The notes below the pieces were generated by a model, which saw only the letters and a program-made list of their open reading frames with translations, had not been told where the DNA came from and searched no databases. A stretch of DNA of 63,409 nt, counting the filler, from Lenisia limosa (taxonomy: Eukaryota; Protista; Breviatea), in NCBI GenBank assembly GCA_001655205.1. It is 8 parts of 8 records of this genome, joined end to end, with 100 filler letters (N's around TTAATTAATTAA, not from the genome) between each part and the next. Parts side by side here need not be neighbours in the genome. Positions count along the whole stretch, not along the records: positions 1 to 13,313 come from LPNZ01002583.1; 7 more parts are not named here. One strand, given 5' to 3'. Of this stretch, positions 1 to 13,002 are shown piece by piece. Numbering within the stretch: the stretch's first letter is position 1; each line of letters opens with the position of its first letter. Position numbers and translations under genes: made by a program.

Positions 1-326
1 TATAAAAATAGAATACGGAGTTTTGAATAAAATACGGAGTTTAGGTTGCCTAGCATATGTATATATGTATAGTATATGATGTATGTGGTCACCAAAAACT
101 GCATTATGCATTTTGCAAAAAACTGAAAACTCTTATATTATTCATACTATATGCATATAGTATGATATATAATATCATATACTATTATATAATATATACT
201 ACATATCGAGATATGTTCGTTAGTTCTCAAACCCCCACCATCACACATCACCCAAATCAAAACTATAATTATAGAAGGAAGTGGGATACTATCCAATCAT
301 ATCATATACTGTGTAGCATACTGAGA

Positions 327-1818
327 CCCTTGAGGGGTGCAACTTGTGGCATAAGGGCATCAACCATTGAGGCAATGGATGTAAATGTGTTCTCTAAAAT
401 TAAACCGCGAACCTAGAAAGTCATGTATTTTCTAAAATTCAAGTTAGAGTAAAAGGTTGATTAATGATTTCAAAAAACACCATGGAACAAGGCCACCAAA
501 AGATGGCAAAGACGTTAGCAACAGTGATAATGGCGATTCGTGGTTCAAACAAAAAAAACAATATATATTGAGGATTCCTCAAGAAAACAACAAACCCACG
601 GCACTGGGGTTACGGACGGCCAAGTCTGTAGCAATGGCGCCTCCAAGGGACCGGCCTGAAACATGGTGAAAAATCGGAAAAAGCAAATATACAGACCAAC
701 AACCTGTTGTGTATAACATAAGGGCACATAATCCAACAAACCGAAAAGGAAGATCTTATTATGCGCAATTCCATCTTTTCTTGCAACCCAGCTGAGGGCA
801 GCCTGTTGTACAGTTAAAGAATTAACTATAATATCTCAACACATTTTTATGAAGATTGACAAGATAGGATGATTTTTATTCATATATATATATCTCCTCC
901 CCACATCAGCGTCCTTCTTCAGCCCTTCTTCACTGGGGAATTCTCCATCAGATTTACCATAACTAGAGAATCAGCGTTTCCCAATTAACAACCACCTGCC
1001 AAAAACAGAAAGCAATTGGGTGTAGGAAGGAAAACCATGACACAAACAAGAGAAGACGATTCACAGCCCTCACCCTCTGTAGTCGAAGAGTAGGACGTTC
1101 GCATTACAACGTCCGACCAAATATGTCAATAAAGGACAGCGGTGTCCGGCGTCTGTGTGTAAGTGCTTTATGTATTTGATATTAGAATAAGATATGTAAA
1201 ATTTGTTAGTAAGGAAAACTCCTTCATTTGCCCCCTCCCCCACTGCCAGCGTTGCCATGGAAAAGGATAATGGTGGGGGCCTTGGGATCTTGGCCAAAGA
1301 CAGGTACAAAGAACCCATGCAAATTGAGGCTGGTGTTGTAAGACCACAGAAAACTAACATTCTAAAATGCGAGGAATTGTTTGGCAACAAATATATCCCA
1401 AATACCCATCTTCCGTGGGAATCTTGATTTCCTCATATTTCTCAAAGCCGAACTGTGAGGGAACTGGTACATCCTCACGAGCACCTACGAAACAGTAAAG
1501 AATGCATGGTTTGCTACGTATGCCATTGTTCAATGAGCCATACCAGGAGGCATAGAAGGGTAGTATAGCAGCCGTTCCTACTGCGGTGAGATGAGGCATT
1601 TTTTTATTGGAGAGAATGTGAATGATATTAAGGAATGCAACTTAGCTGCTGTCTGGAAGAGTAATAATGAAGGTGTGGTGGCACACCTGGAAGAAGTACA
1701 GCCCTGTTCCAATGAGAGTCAACACTGCCGTTCCAGAGACTGCAAAGAACGTCAGAATGTTGACAAGGTAACTGTTGCCCATGGTTTCGATGAAACTGTC
1801 AAGGATCTCCATCAACAT
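327..1818 (-). CDS. ABHD13: ABHD13-like alpha/beta hydrolase (depalmitoylase family), multi-exon, 3' end not resolved
   Basis: Manual splicing gives N-terminal TM ...GTGLYFFQ-ERLLYYPSMPPG-AREDVPVPSQFGFEKYEEIKIPTEDG-LNLHGFF...IILFHGNAGNAGHR...LLFDYRGYGKSDGEFPSEEGLKKDA...KIFLFGRSLGGAIA...GLILENTFTSIASM, all with GT-AG introns. Confidence 0.9.
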
Positions 1819-2135
1819 CAGAGAAAGGGGATGAACACTATGTCTTCTGCTTTTTCTTCCCAGTTCTGCCAGGTTCTTTGCCGTGTTTGCCGATATATAT
1901 CTATATATCAGGTGCACTGGTGGGCTGGGCGGAAAAAAAAAGTGAAGCAAAAAGGGCCTTTTTGTTATTATTACTAAATATTAACCATTTTTGTTGTTTT
2001 TTTACATTCTTCAACTCAACTTCAGCTCCTCTTGTCCTCCTCCAACAGTTATTGCGTTATATTTCTCAAAACTTTAAAGTGATCAGCAAAGGTTACAGCA
2101 GATAGTACTCAGACAACCCTCTCTCATACTTTTCC

Positions 2136-5100
2136 ATGTCGTCTCTTTATGGCGACATCCTGGGAACTGACGCTCCAAAGAAGCGGCCAGGAAGTATGTT
2201 GGGTGCTACTGAAAATTATTTTGGGATGATCAAGACTTTTTCAGAGAAGTTTTTTGCACTTCACGTATTGTTGTTTAAAAGGGTTTATTACCGTCTTGTA
2301 CTGCGAGAAAAAACATTAATTCACGAAACATAACCTATATTCCAGAATTTTCAGAGTGATGGGATAGGATGCTGAAGGATAGATTGGCCAATGCTCTGTG
2401 TTTTTACATGTTTGTCCGTTTATTTTGCCTTGGTGTGGATTGCTTTATTAATATTTTCTTTTTGTCAATACTCATCAAAATTTTCCTTTTTACCCCCCCA
2501 GTTGGACTTGGTGTTCCCTTTGCGCCGCGCTCGAGAAAGCCAACCGCACCCGTGCTGGCTCCTGTTCAGATCAAACGAGTTGTAGCTGCCGCCCCGGTCG
2601 TCGTCCACGCCCATGATGAAGTGAGACTCACTCGCGTTCTCATCAATAATTTTACTATTTCCCCGGAATTTTCATAACCATAAGGAATCGATGGTTTAAG
2701 GAGAAAATAGCTCTTATTAATAATACCTAAAACAGCTTGATGGTGTTGACATCTTGCATACACATAATAAAATTCTCTCACCTCAATACCTGATGTACAC
2801 TTTTAGGACGAGAAGGAAAGAGACGAGGCTGAAGACGCCGATAAAGAGCTTTTTGAACTCGAGGACCTCAAAGACGTTTACATCCCCTCCAAGCCGAATT
2901 CTTATGAAACATTTTGTCGCGGCAGGATAGATCGGTAAGCTTCAAGGGGTTGGTTTCATTTGAATACATAATCTTGAATATGACGGTACTGAAGAACAAT
3001 GAATACCTCTTTTTCCGTAGAAAAGGACCCGACCCGAACTCTTTTTATGTTCAAAAAAGCATGACTTTAGCAAAAAAAAATTTCTGTGTCAACATTTTGA
3101 ACAGTTTGACTTTTTAGGGCTCGGCAGGAGAGAGCCGCGGAAGAGAGAGCCGCCTTGAAGAAAAGAGAAGAGAGGGATTTTGAACGAAGGTTCGTACCTT
3201 GTCTTTGCTGTTTCTCTCATCGTGGACTTCCTCCAACTATTCGTTCATTCTGTTCTCTTTTTAAAATAGCAGTTCAGCTCTACTCTATGATATACACTAC
3301 CCTTTATAAACATGATCATTTATTTTTTTAGCACGATTATTTTACATAATCGTTTATTATTTCTAATTTCTATCTAGAAAAGCAGCTGCAGCTAAGGCAG
3401 CTGCAGCCCTCTCCAACTTCCAACCCCCTCCCAACGAACCAGAACCAAAAGAGCCCATTCCGACCAAAACTCAGCCTCCCCTGCCGAAGAGCCAACCACC
3501 TCTGCCTAAGACCCAGCCTCCCCTGCCCAAAGTACAACCGCCACTTCCACCCGCCCCCACGTCNNNNNNNNNNNNNNNNNNNNNNNNNNNNNNNNNNNNN
3601 NNNNNNNNNNNNNNNNNNNNNNNNNNNNNNNNNNGGTAATATTGATGGTTTTGTCAGCGAGTCCTTTTTATTGTCTACACTTCATGCAGGGTGGTCTTAT
3701 GTTCAATCAAAAGTGAATCCGTTCTCCAGTTGATGATAGTTAAAGCATTGTGATATTTTTAAACAAAAACATTGGTAAACATTGGATTCAAACAGCTGAT
3801 ATTATCCAAACATTTGACTTCAACATAGACGAGTCAGCTGATGACGTGTATAAGCGAAGAATGGCCATGTCTGGTCAGACACAAACTGCACCCCTCAAAC
3901 CTGTGGAGCCTCCTCNNNNNNNNNNNNNNNNNNNNNNNNNNNNNNNNNNNNNNNNNNNNNNNNNNNNNNNNNNNNNNNNNNNNNNNNNNNNNNNNNNNNN
4001 NNNNNNNNNNNNNNNNNNNNNNNNNNNNNNNNNNNNNNNNNNNNNNNNNNNNNNNAGATTTTTTTTATTATTTTCAGACTTAGCATCGTTTTAGAGATTG
4101 ACTCTGATGTTTCAGGAAAGATGGGCTGACCAAAGCACAGCAAATGATGCAACGAATGGGATGGAAAGAAGGCCAAGGTAGGGACTGATGTTTCCAATGC
4201 TCAAGGAAATTTTCTTCGTTTTACCACTGGAGTGATATAGTACTAGAAGCGACTGGCCTGGGCTTTGNNNNNNNNNNNNNNNNNNNNNNNNNNNNNNNNN
4301 NNNNNNNNNNNNNNNNNNNNNNNNNNNNNNNNNNNNNNNNNNNNNNNNNNNNNNNNNNNNNNNNNNNNNNNNNNNNNNNNNNNNNNNNNNNNNNNNNNNN
4401 NNNNNNNNNNNNNNNNNNNNNNNNNNNNNNNNNNNNNNNNNNNNNNNNNNNNNNNNNNNNNNNNNNNNNNNNNNNNNNNNNNNNNNNNNNNNNNNNNGTT
4501 CACTCCCAATCAAGGAAACTGGTTGTTCAAGAAGGTGGGGGCTGGTGTTGTTCAAGAAGGTGGGGGCGGTGTTGTAGGGTAGTTTCATATCATATCATAA
4601 GGGATATCTTTGGTCGAATTCCACATATCTTTGTCTGAATTTGGGGCTTCCTGTTGCAAACTCTTTTTTATTATGTTCACAAATTAGAACAAGTGTCTGG
4701 ACGGAGTCGAGTTGTCCTTCTATTGGTATGTAAAAAGGGGGGGTATATCATATCACTATTTCTCTCTCTACTTAGTATTTCCATTGAACTTCCCAATGTT
4801 AAAAGTGTTAAACGTTGACAATTTGCACCTTTCTTTATTTCTTATTTGTCTCTGGTTTTATCGAGGATTAATTGAGACTTCCAGCCTTATTTTGTCCTCA
4901 AGAATCTTACCCATCAGAACATGATCAGCCCCTCAGAAGTTGACGGCCAGCTTGAGCAAGAAACCAAAGACGAATGCTCCAAGTACGGCCGCGTGGAGAG
5001 GTGTATGATCTTCCAGGTTTGCTTTGCTCACGAAGGATATTACCAGGCTGTTATGAGTATCTGCTGATCTTTCAGGTGACAGATGGATCTGTCCCAATCA

Positions 5101-5333
5101 CCGAAGCAGTCCGAATCTTCGTCAAGTTCTCGAACCGAAATTCTGCCACTGAAGGTGAGATCCGGTGAAATTTGTTTTTTTGTTTTCAAAATTGTTTTTG
5201 GAGTAGTTTACCCCCCCCCCTTGCAGCTCTGAAGGAACTGGATGGCCGGTTCTTTGGAGGTAGACAAGTGAACGCATCATATTACGACGAACAGCGCTTT
5301 GATAAGCTGGATCTTGCCCCCAAGAAGAAGTAG
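2136..5333 (+). CDS. SPF45: Splicing factor 45 (G-patch + UHM/RRM), interrupted by N gaps
   Basis: Starts MSSLYGDILG; G-patch KAQQMMQRMGWKEGQG; C-terminal UHM NMISPSEVDGQLEQETKDECSKYGRVERC...EAVRIFVKF...ALKELDGRFFGGRQVNASYYDEQRFDKLDLAPKKK, TAG at 5331-5333. Confidence 0.9.
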
Positions 5334-5849
5334 TGTGTATGGTTTGTTGTATGTTGCTGTGCTGCTGGTAAACATGAAGCTGTTTAAACTTGCTGAGTGT
5401 GTTTCGATACCGATCATCTTAAAGGCCCAAGTTGTTGATATGTTGCTGAACACCATCAACTGGAAAAACAAAAAAAAAACGCTCATTTCCGAAAAAAGAG
5501 CAGAGTTCTTACGCTTACGTCACTCGTTACAAAGTCAATGATGTCAGGAAGATTAGTCTAATAAATATAATTGAAACTTCTCAGAATATTGGGACAAGGA
5601 TGGAATGATATACACTTCTTGCATCTGAGCATTCCAAACTATGCTTCCCTTCCAACTACTTGAGAGAGATTGGAGCAAGAGCGGAATATTCTATTCCTCA
5701 AGGTGTTGGTAACTGATCTAAGGACCAAAAATAAACTGGTCAAAAGGATGGTAAAATTTTTTTTACTACAAGGTATCAGCAAGTACCAAAGTACCAAAAA
5801 AATAAAATACATGCAAATAAGAAAGGGTTTATTGTAGTTGTAAGAACGC

Positions 5850-6248
5850 TTAACTTCTTGAGATAGTAATGTTGAGGAAGAGAATGGCAGCAACGAAGGC
5901 ACTGATGGCCATTACGATCTGAGTAGGGGTGCTACAATGTTAGAGGGAAGGACTAGGGCAAGAAGAGGTCAGATAAAAACAAGCAACACGATAGAAAAAC
6001 AACCCGCCTCTTACAATGCGACAGCACTCTCAAAAGACCTAAAAAGAATTAGACAACCAGCCAAACAAGGAATCAGGCGAGAGTGAATGAAAACTATAAC
6101 AAAATTTGTCAGTTGCCTACTTCTTTCCTTGTCCGCGAGCTTGAGCCTAGAAGGAGGGTTAAAACAAGTGACTTGAAAGAAGATTATTTTAGGGAAATAT
6201 CACTTTGTTCACTGAATCATGTATACAGTCACAATATATACTTACCAT
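5850..6248 (-). CDS. Small tail-anchored protein, probable Sec61 beta subunit
   Basis: Hand-spliced 4-exon model MAQARGQGKKSFESAVAFTPTQIVMAISAFVAAILFLNITISRS*; the C-terminal xTPxxV..S.F...L.L.I pattern resembles Sec61-beta. Splice choices are not unique. Confidence 0.45.
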
Positions 6249-6465
6249 TGTGTATTGTCTTGAAATAGGAAGAAATTTGTAAAAAAAAAATGGGTGAAAA
6301 AGAACAGTGGAGCCGCACGGAGCAGCTAATCTGTTTTTTTGGTGAACTGAAACATTCCACCTCCTTTGCATTCTCTACCTGATTTATAAAATTATATCGA
6401 AGTACAAAGGAATTATTTGAAAACAGGAAGGAAAGCACTTTTGCCACTTCTCCCAAACGTTGATC

Positions 6466-8569
6466 ATGGGTGATTCCAAAAAAATCATAGAAGCTGCCAA
6501 ACTCGCCATCCGAGAAGCATGGTGTCTGGAGAGCTGCAAAATTGTTGGTGTTGGTTGTTGTTGGCATTTTCCCCTTGTCACTGAATTCAACTTTCTTTTT
6601 CAACCGCCAACTTATTCCTTATCAAATAGAACCGAAAAAATGACTCCCTCGTCAATATACCTGATGTCAAGGACCTGAATATCAATCAGCTCAAGTCCCT
6701 CCGAAATGCTGTGGCCAGGTTGGCACACTTTTTTGCTTGGATTATTGTTGTTTTTGTACATTTCTAGAGCTCTTGATGACTGTAACTGTTCAGACAAGTG
6801 CAGCAACTCACAGCTGAGACATCGAGAGGTGACCTCAATCTCTTCAGCAAAGATACACTAAAGAGGTCCTTGGAAAGTAGAAGCGAAGAGGGTGAGCGCT
6901 GTTCTTTCTGTAACAAAATTGACTGGAGCACTCTAACACCCAGTTATCCAGTTATGTGAAAGCGCACTCTGATAGACTGTGAAGATGTTGATATACAATA
7001 CGGCCGCTCCTAACCACCCAGCTTACCCATGGATTATTGAAGATGACCCTACAAGTCTTGCTGCCCCTGCTGAAGTGAGATGACAACTAATCTTTTCTTC
7101 CTTTGGGACAATATCTTATGATATTCTATAATTGAACTTGGTACATATATCATCTCTCTGGGATGAGCAGCACCAAGGCTTTTTTTTCTTTTCCTCACAT
7201 TTATAAGGACTCATGCCAGCATGCTTTGCGGTCCGAAACTGATCGTGGGGGGTGCATGAATCTCTCTTGATGGATATCTTTTTTGGAACTACTTGTATAC
7301 AGTCCGCTGATATTGTAGGAGAAGAACTGTACACAAAGTACAAGCATGATTCGTACCCGTTCCACAGTGTTCCCATCAATAAGGATGTCAGAAGCATAGA
7401 CTGGAAGGTTTGACAGGCGTTTTCATGGAACGCTATTTGGAGCTTCACTTGGACAACAAGCTTATACTTCATTAGGCCCTCCAGAGAGAGGTTAAATTTG
7501 ATGCGATTATGACGGATCCACCCTGGGTGCTGGCCACTGAGCGGTCCACCAGAGGGGTCCATCTCAGTTACAACCAACTGAGTATGCGGGAGCAAATGAT
7601 TGATTATTTGTGAGGGTTTTTATTACGGTGTGTCATCTCACTTTTTGAGACACTTTCACAAGGTGAACATTTATAAATGATTTCTCATCCACTCATGGGA
7701 TATGGAACATCTAACACAGTCAGACGACGATGACATTGCCAATGTTCCCTTTTATGACTTGCTAAATGATGACGGTCTTTTGTTCATTTGGGTGGTCAAC
7801 AACCGATACACTGCCGCCTTAGACCTGATCGAGCAATGGGGGCTACAGTGGGTGTCTGGTTGAGGGTGAACGAATTGCGAATGTTTAACAATTCCTAAGC
7901 AATGTACAGCAATAAATGGAGGGAGGAGAGGGCCGCTTGGAGTTAGCTGTGAACATTGTGTGCTGCCAAAGCATAAATTACTTTAATTATCTTGTAGATA
8001 TATTGACCAGATCAATTGGATCAAAACTACATCCACTCGAAAGTGAGTTCATTAGAGTGTTTTGAAACCATTATTTGATATTGACCACATTTTCTACCAA
8101 GTTGTTTGTTGTTTTCAAAGAGAATAACCACAATCTTACTTTCCCCCATAGACAAGCCAAGGGACACGGCTTCTACTTTCAACATGCCAAGGAGACCTGC
8201 TTTGTGGCGTCTAAGGTTTGCGCGTATTTGAAGTGTTACTCCTTAGAGATTTTAAGAATTGATTGATATCCCTTTCTCATTGAACAGGCTTTATGGGGAG
8301 GGTATGCTATTTGTATGTTGTCTATTAATGCTCCAGGGCAACCCGAAGGTAGCTGAAAATCATGGATGCGCAGACACATTTTTTGCCGAAAGACGAGGAC
8401 AGAGCCAAAAGCCCGAGGAAGTGTACCGCCTAATTGAGAAGCTGTTCCCCACAGGTGAGTGCTTTTCCTTAACCAGCCACTTCACTTCACAGGACGGTTT
8501 TTGGAGGTATTTGCTCGACGGAATAATTTGCGAGACCGATGGGTGTCTATAGGCAACGAGCTGGATTGA
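6466..8569 (+). CDS. AMT1: MT-A70 adenine methyltransferase of the AMT1/MTA1 (DNA 6mA, ApT) clade; start codon uncertain (6466 or 6519)
   Basis: Spliced: FDAIMTDPPWVLATERSTRGVHLSYNQL...DGLLFIWVVNNRY...WGLQYIDQINWIKTT..KQAKGHGFYFQHAKETCFVASKG...FFAERRGQSQKPEEVYRLIEKLFPTGRFLEVFARRNNLRDRWVSIGNELD*. DPPW at 7515-7526; TGA at 8567-8569. Motifs match my recollection of ciliate MTA1 rather than METTL3. Confidence 0.9.
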
Positions 8570-8792
8570 AGGCAGAGGTATTATGGTTTTTGGTATTTGT
8601 AGTTTTAAGAGGAATGTACAATAGTCTCTTATCACTTTCAGGAAGATAACTTTTCGACCTTTGTTAAATCTCGCTATGTCCCACCAAAGAGAGTTGAGAT
8701 CATCCATCTACACCGTAAACCAGAAAAACACCTACAAGAACACCAAGAAAAATACTACAAAAACAACAAGAAAACCTGAGAGTGACGGCGAC

Positions 8793-10060
8793 TTAGGCAG
8801 AATCCTGATGGATGAGAATTTGCAGCATCATATGCATATGAGGAAAATCACAGCGAAATCCCTAATTTGAAACCCCCAACCTCGACCTTCTCGAGAGGAT
8901 CGTTCAGATCGGGTTCGGATGCTTCCACTCGGTGGGCTTCGGTTTCAGCCGGGATTGCCACGGTCTAATCGTGGTGAACAATCAGTGGACAAATGCCAGG
9001 TAACTATCAAGCTCATAATAAAACATGAACAAGCTGGTGGTCAAACCTCGTTTTCTGCAACAGTTTCGAGGGTATCCGCATTGGCAGCTACAGCGCCGGC
9101 TTCCTTCTCTTCCACAGGGGCTACAGTAGCAAGCTGAAAGCGTAAGATTAACATATGATAGATATATATCATGTCATAGTACTATAATATAACGTAGGGT
9201 CTCACCTCATTCTCTCCAGTCGCTACGGGGACCAAAGAAGTCATCTTCTCATCCATCAGCTCGTCCTTCTAAGTCGAGTCAAATGCGGGGGATGTGAGGA
9301 ATCATCATTTATCGGTATTATTTATCTAGAACTTGACACTAAATTATGACCAGGAAGTTGAGTGCCCGGAGAATGATTGGATGGAGGAGAAGCATAATTA
9401 CGGCTTCACTTCGAAAAAAGACAGACTTTCTTGATTAATCTATATTATCCATATTTTGCAGGTATTTTTCGATCGAAGTGAAGCTCTAAGCATAATAAAT
9501 ATTGCAAAGGTTTTGGCCTGATACTACAGCGATATCATCATATTGACCCCCCTCCAACTGAGCCTGCAACAAGCATGACCGCCGCTCCGATGGTCATGAC
9601 CGCAAGAGTCAGAAGGAGGGCAGCAATGAGCCATGTGCGGTCTTTGCTGTCACCATCAACAATCGGGACTGTGTCGCTTGTTTCGTCCGTGATAGCATCC
9701 TCTGATCAAGGTCAGGAAAGATATCGAGATGAGACAAAACAGTAACACTGCCAACCGCTGCTGCTGCTGATGAGAGTACAATCGGGTAAGCTGTACTGCC
9801 CCGATATGCATTGGGCGGACACCTGAGGGAGTAAAACGAAGGAAATAAGAATATAGGCAAAGAGAAACTAAATTGTAAATGGGAATGTATTATTGTTATA
9901 TCATATCAAATATATGATGAAAAATATGATTGGGAGCGATAAAAATTGCAAACCCATAATCCATGTTCGAATAATGATGTTTTAGTGCCCCCTCCCCTCA
10001 CCACTTGGTCCTCACACATTCCGGTGCATCCAGTGCTGTCACATGTCAGACCCTCCATCG
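8793..10060 (-). CDS. Hypothetical acidic low-complexity protein, 3' part (5' end lost in gap)
   Basis: GT-AG bounded exons EDAITDETSDTVPIVD, KDELMDEKMTSLVPVATGENE, LATVAPVEEKEAGAVAANADTLETVAENE, TVAIPAETEAHRVEASEPDLNDPLEKVE, DSA*. Confidence 0.55.
9399..9488. mobile_element. MITE family A copy (degenerate)
   Basis: TA-CGGCTTCACTTCG...CGAAGTGAAGCTC-TA. Confidence 0.75.
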
Positions 10061-10480
10061 GCTAAGGGAATCAGATGAACAAAAAAATCAAAAGAGTGTT
10101 TATATGTGATTAAAGCTGGGAAGAAACGAATGACCCCCCCCCCCCNNNNNNNNNNNNNNNNNNNNNNNNNNNNNNNNNNNNNNNNNNNNNNNNNNNNNNN
10201 NNNNNNNNNNNNNNNNNNNNNNNNNNNNNNNNNNNNNNNNNNNNNNNNNNNNNNNNNNNNNNNNNNNNNNNNNNNNAAGTCTAAAAATGTAAATCAGATA
10301 AACAATCATCAGAGAAGAGGTACAATGCACTTTGCCATACTATCCAGAAATCTGTGTTCACAGAGTTATAAGGCAAATGATTGGATGATTTAATCGAATA
10401 TCTTGAAGGTGTGGACAGATATATACTACCTTATTTTTTATCTCTCATTGTATATATCATATATGAGACCTTGCTATAAT

Positions 10481-10552
10481 ATATGCTGCAGCGCAGAAAC
10501 CGTGTCATTTTTGATTTTTTTAGGCTGTATGAGCTGTATAGCTCGTTAATAT
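10481..10552 (+). repeat. Dispersed repeat, near-identical to 13137-13199
   Basis: ATATGCTGCAGCGCAGAAACCGTGTCATTTTTGATTTTTTTAGGCT identical in both, followed by a 9-bp indel. Confidence 0.85.
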
Positions 10553-10562
10553 CNNNNNNNNN

Positions 10563-10665
10563 NGTGATGATGATGATGATGGTTATGGTGACGATGATGA
10601 TGATGATAAAGATGTTGATGGTGGTGATGATGATGATGATGGTTTTGGTGGTGGTGGTGGTGACG
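10563..10665. repeat. Imperfect (GAT)n/(GGT)n microsatellite
   Basis: Direct inspection. Confidence 0.9.
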
Positions 10666-10764
10666 GCGTCAGCCTTGTGTGGACCTCTTGAAAAATGATA
10701 ACTTAGATAATTTGAATGGTTTTCTCTCTCTTTCTCACAGGGCTTGTTTTCTTCACCATTGCAG

Positions 10765-12299
10765 AGCGTGGTACGATATCAAATCAATGAAAAAGACGGT
10801 TCCACCTAACATGGAGCATGTGGAGGAGGTCGGTGGCTTTGTGATCATAGTCACTCTAGTGCTACAGTTTTTCAGCTGTTGCGCTCGTTTTGTGTTTCTC
10901 TTTTTTTTATTATTATTATTCCTTCAACTTTCCTTTTCTTATCCCAAATTAGATTGTCTTCTCATCTCTTATTGGTTTCCCTGACGTATTACTGTGTTTT
11001 AACTTGTCCTCTTGCTGTTTCATTCTTGTCCTTTTCTCTCAAATCATGTCGTCTCCTTTTAACATTTCAGTCATATCGGGAGATTGATGAACTCATTAAG
11101 GTTTGGGTGGTACCAGGATATGGTTGTTATGAAGTAATATATGTTATCAATCCTCTTTCTCAATGGAATGGAAGGCCCTTACCCATACTTTCAAATACCT
11201 TATGTTCACTCCCTCGCAGGACGAGGTAGCAATGCAGGATGGAGATTACTCCAAAGTTACCCTGGCAGGCTTCAGCATGGGTTTGAGGGGAGGGGGTCCT
11301 CCAATGTGACCCTGGCAGGCTTCAGCATGGGTTTTGAGGTGAAATGATATGTGTTCAGTAATATATACTGTACGTATTACTAGGGCTTACCTACGGACTG
11401 ACAAAGACCGGTCAAATATCGATATTTGTCGAAGATTTATCGAGATATTCAGTCTCTTGGGGGCCGAAGGGAATCCCTACGTATTACTGGTGTTGAATAG
11501 ACGATCATTTTGTCAATTACTCAACATTGAAGTGTTATATGACGCAATTGTTTAGGAGGCGCCATGGCCCTCTACACCGGACTTCAGCAGCCGGAGCAAT
11601 TGGGCAAGATCATCGTCGCCTCTGGTTATGCTCTTGAGAAAGACGGTCAGATGGGGTTATGGCTTGAGAAAGGGGGCTTGATGGGGGTTATTGTTGTTTT
11701 GGTATTGTCAGAAAACTCTTTTTTGTTACTCATTTCTACATGTTTTCCTCTTACACAGCCAGGTAAAATCCCGGTATCAGAAGCGTACAAGGACAAGACC
11801 GAGATTCTCTGGTTAGTCGAGGGCTTTGTTTCAATGTAATCCAACCACCTCCTAAATGGAGTCAAATTTTGGCTATTATAAAAAGGGTGACTATTTTCCA
11901 AATTAACTTCACCTTGGTGCAGGACACACGGACACGAAGATGATATGGTGCCGTTCACACATGCAGTGGCCTCCATCAATCGTCTCAATGAGGAGGCTGG
12001 CGTAAAGGTACAGAGGATTGTAGCTTCTGGTGTCCTGTGTTATGATAGGGCTTACCTACGGTCTCATAAAAGACTGACACACGCAGTCTTTATAACGTAT
12101 TAAGGTTGACCTTGTGGAGACTGCGCATGGCGGTCACGATATTTCCCCTGTGGCATTCCTTCGCATTCTCCAGGTGGGGGCTGTCCATCTTTGATTTTAT
12201 TGTCATTTCCACCTCGCATGATCTCCCTGTCCTTTGGTAACGATGTAGGCCCTTCCCCTGGAGGCAGCCAGGAGCGCCGTAGCAAGAATGTACTACTAG
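10765..12299 (+). CDS. Acyl-protein thioesterase 1 / lysophospholipase-like; N-terminal exons not found
   Basis: Exons AWYDIKSM..., SYREIDELIK, DYSKVTLAGFSMG-GAMALYTGL...KIIVASGY, ILWTHGHEDDMVPF, GGHDIS: GFSxGG nucleophile elbow with Asp and His motifs. Confidence 0.85.
11381..11479. mobile_element. MITE family A copy (CCTACGG subfamily), in thioesterase intron
   Basis: TA-GGGCTTACCTACGG...CCGAAGGGAATCCC-TA with AATATCGAT/TTTATCGAG core. Confidence 0.8.
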
Positions 12300-12392
12300 A
12301 TTATGTTATTTATTATTAGCTTTAAGGGTTCGACACCATAAAAAATTAGATAATCAAAAAATACTACATAAAACAAAGACAAGATATCAGGG

Positions 12393-13002
12393 CTAATATA
12401 TCGCGAAGGTGACTTGAGTGTTGAAGATACAGCTGCCGTATCCAGTTAAGGTCGTTGCAACAATACGGCGTTCATGGTTCCCAAGATTCTGGGGGGGGGG
12501 GGGTAAAACGAAGGAAATTTCGTGAAGATACTAATCACGAACTATAATCTGAAACTCCAAACAAAAAAACGCAATAACAGTGAATATTATTTGGAAAGAG
12601 GACCATCAGCAAACAATTTCAGTAGGAGTTGGCAAGACAAACGCCGCTTCAACCTTGCAATTATCCTCCGCGCATAGGGCAGCCTGGAAGTGAAGAGTGA
12701 TAGGAATGGAAAAGACCTTCGTCACAATAACAAAGAAAGGCATATTACCACCACGTGAGAAGGATGGCCGCATAAAAAAGATAATCAATATAAAAGGAAT
12801 TGTGTCTAAGTCCATAATAATAGCAAAAATCCGGAACGCACATTATACGTCCCGGAAGCGGTTGCGGTTGTGAGAGTGGAGTTGGAGACCTTGATTTGGG
12901 CGCTGGGGAAAGGTACGTTGCCGCACACACTGTTTCCGGACGGGCTAATGGATAGCACCCGGCTCTCTGGAGGGAGGGGGGCATGTTTTAGTCTCTGGGG
13001 GA
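12393..13002 (-). CDS. Hypothetical protein, 3' exons only
   Basis: Three GT-AG bounded exons ending NLGNHERRIVATTLTGYGSCIFNTQVTFAIY*. Confidence 0.5.

Noticed and set aside
6229-6603. 124-aa minus-strand ORF overlapping the AMT1 5' region
   Set aside because: No recognisable similarity; it conflicts with the upstream exon AMT1 requires and with the spliced Sec61-beta-like model.
7441-8569. METTL3/IME4 mRNA m6A methyltransferase
   Set aside because: No CCCH zinc fingers or METTL3-type motifs seen; TRGV, AKGHGFY.QHAKE and RRNNL..W.SIGNEL fit AMT1/MTA1.
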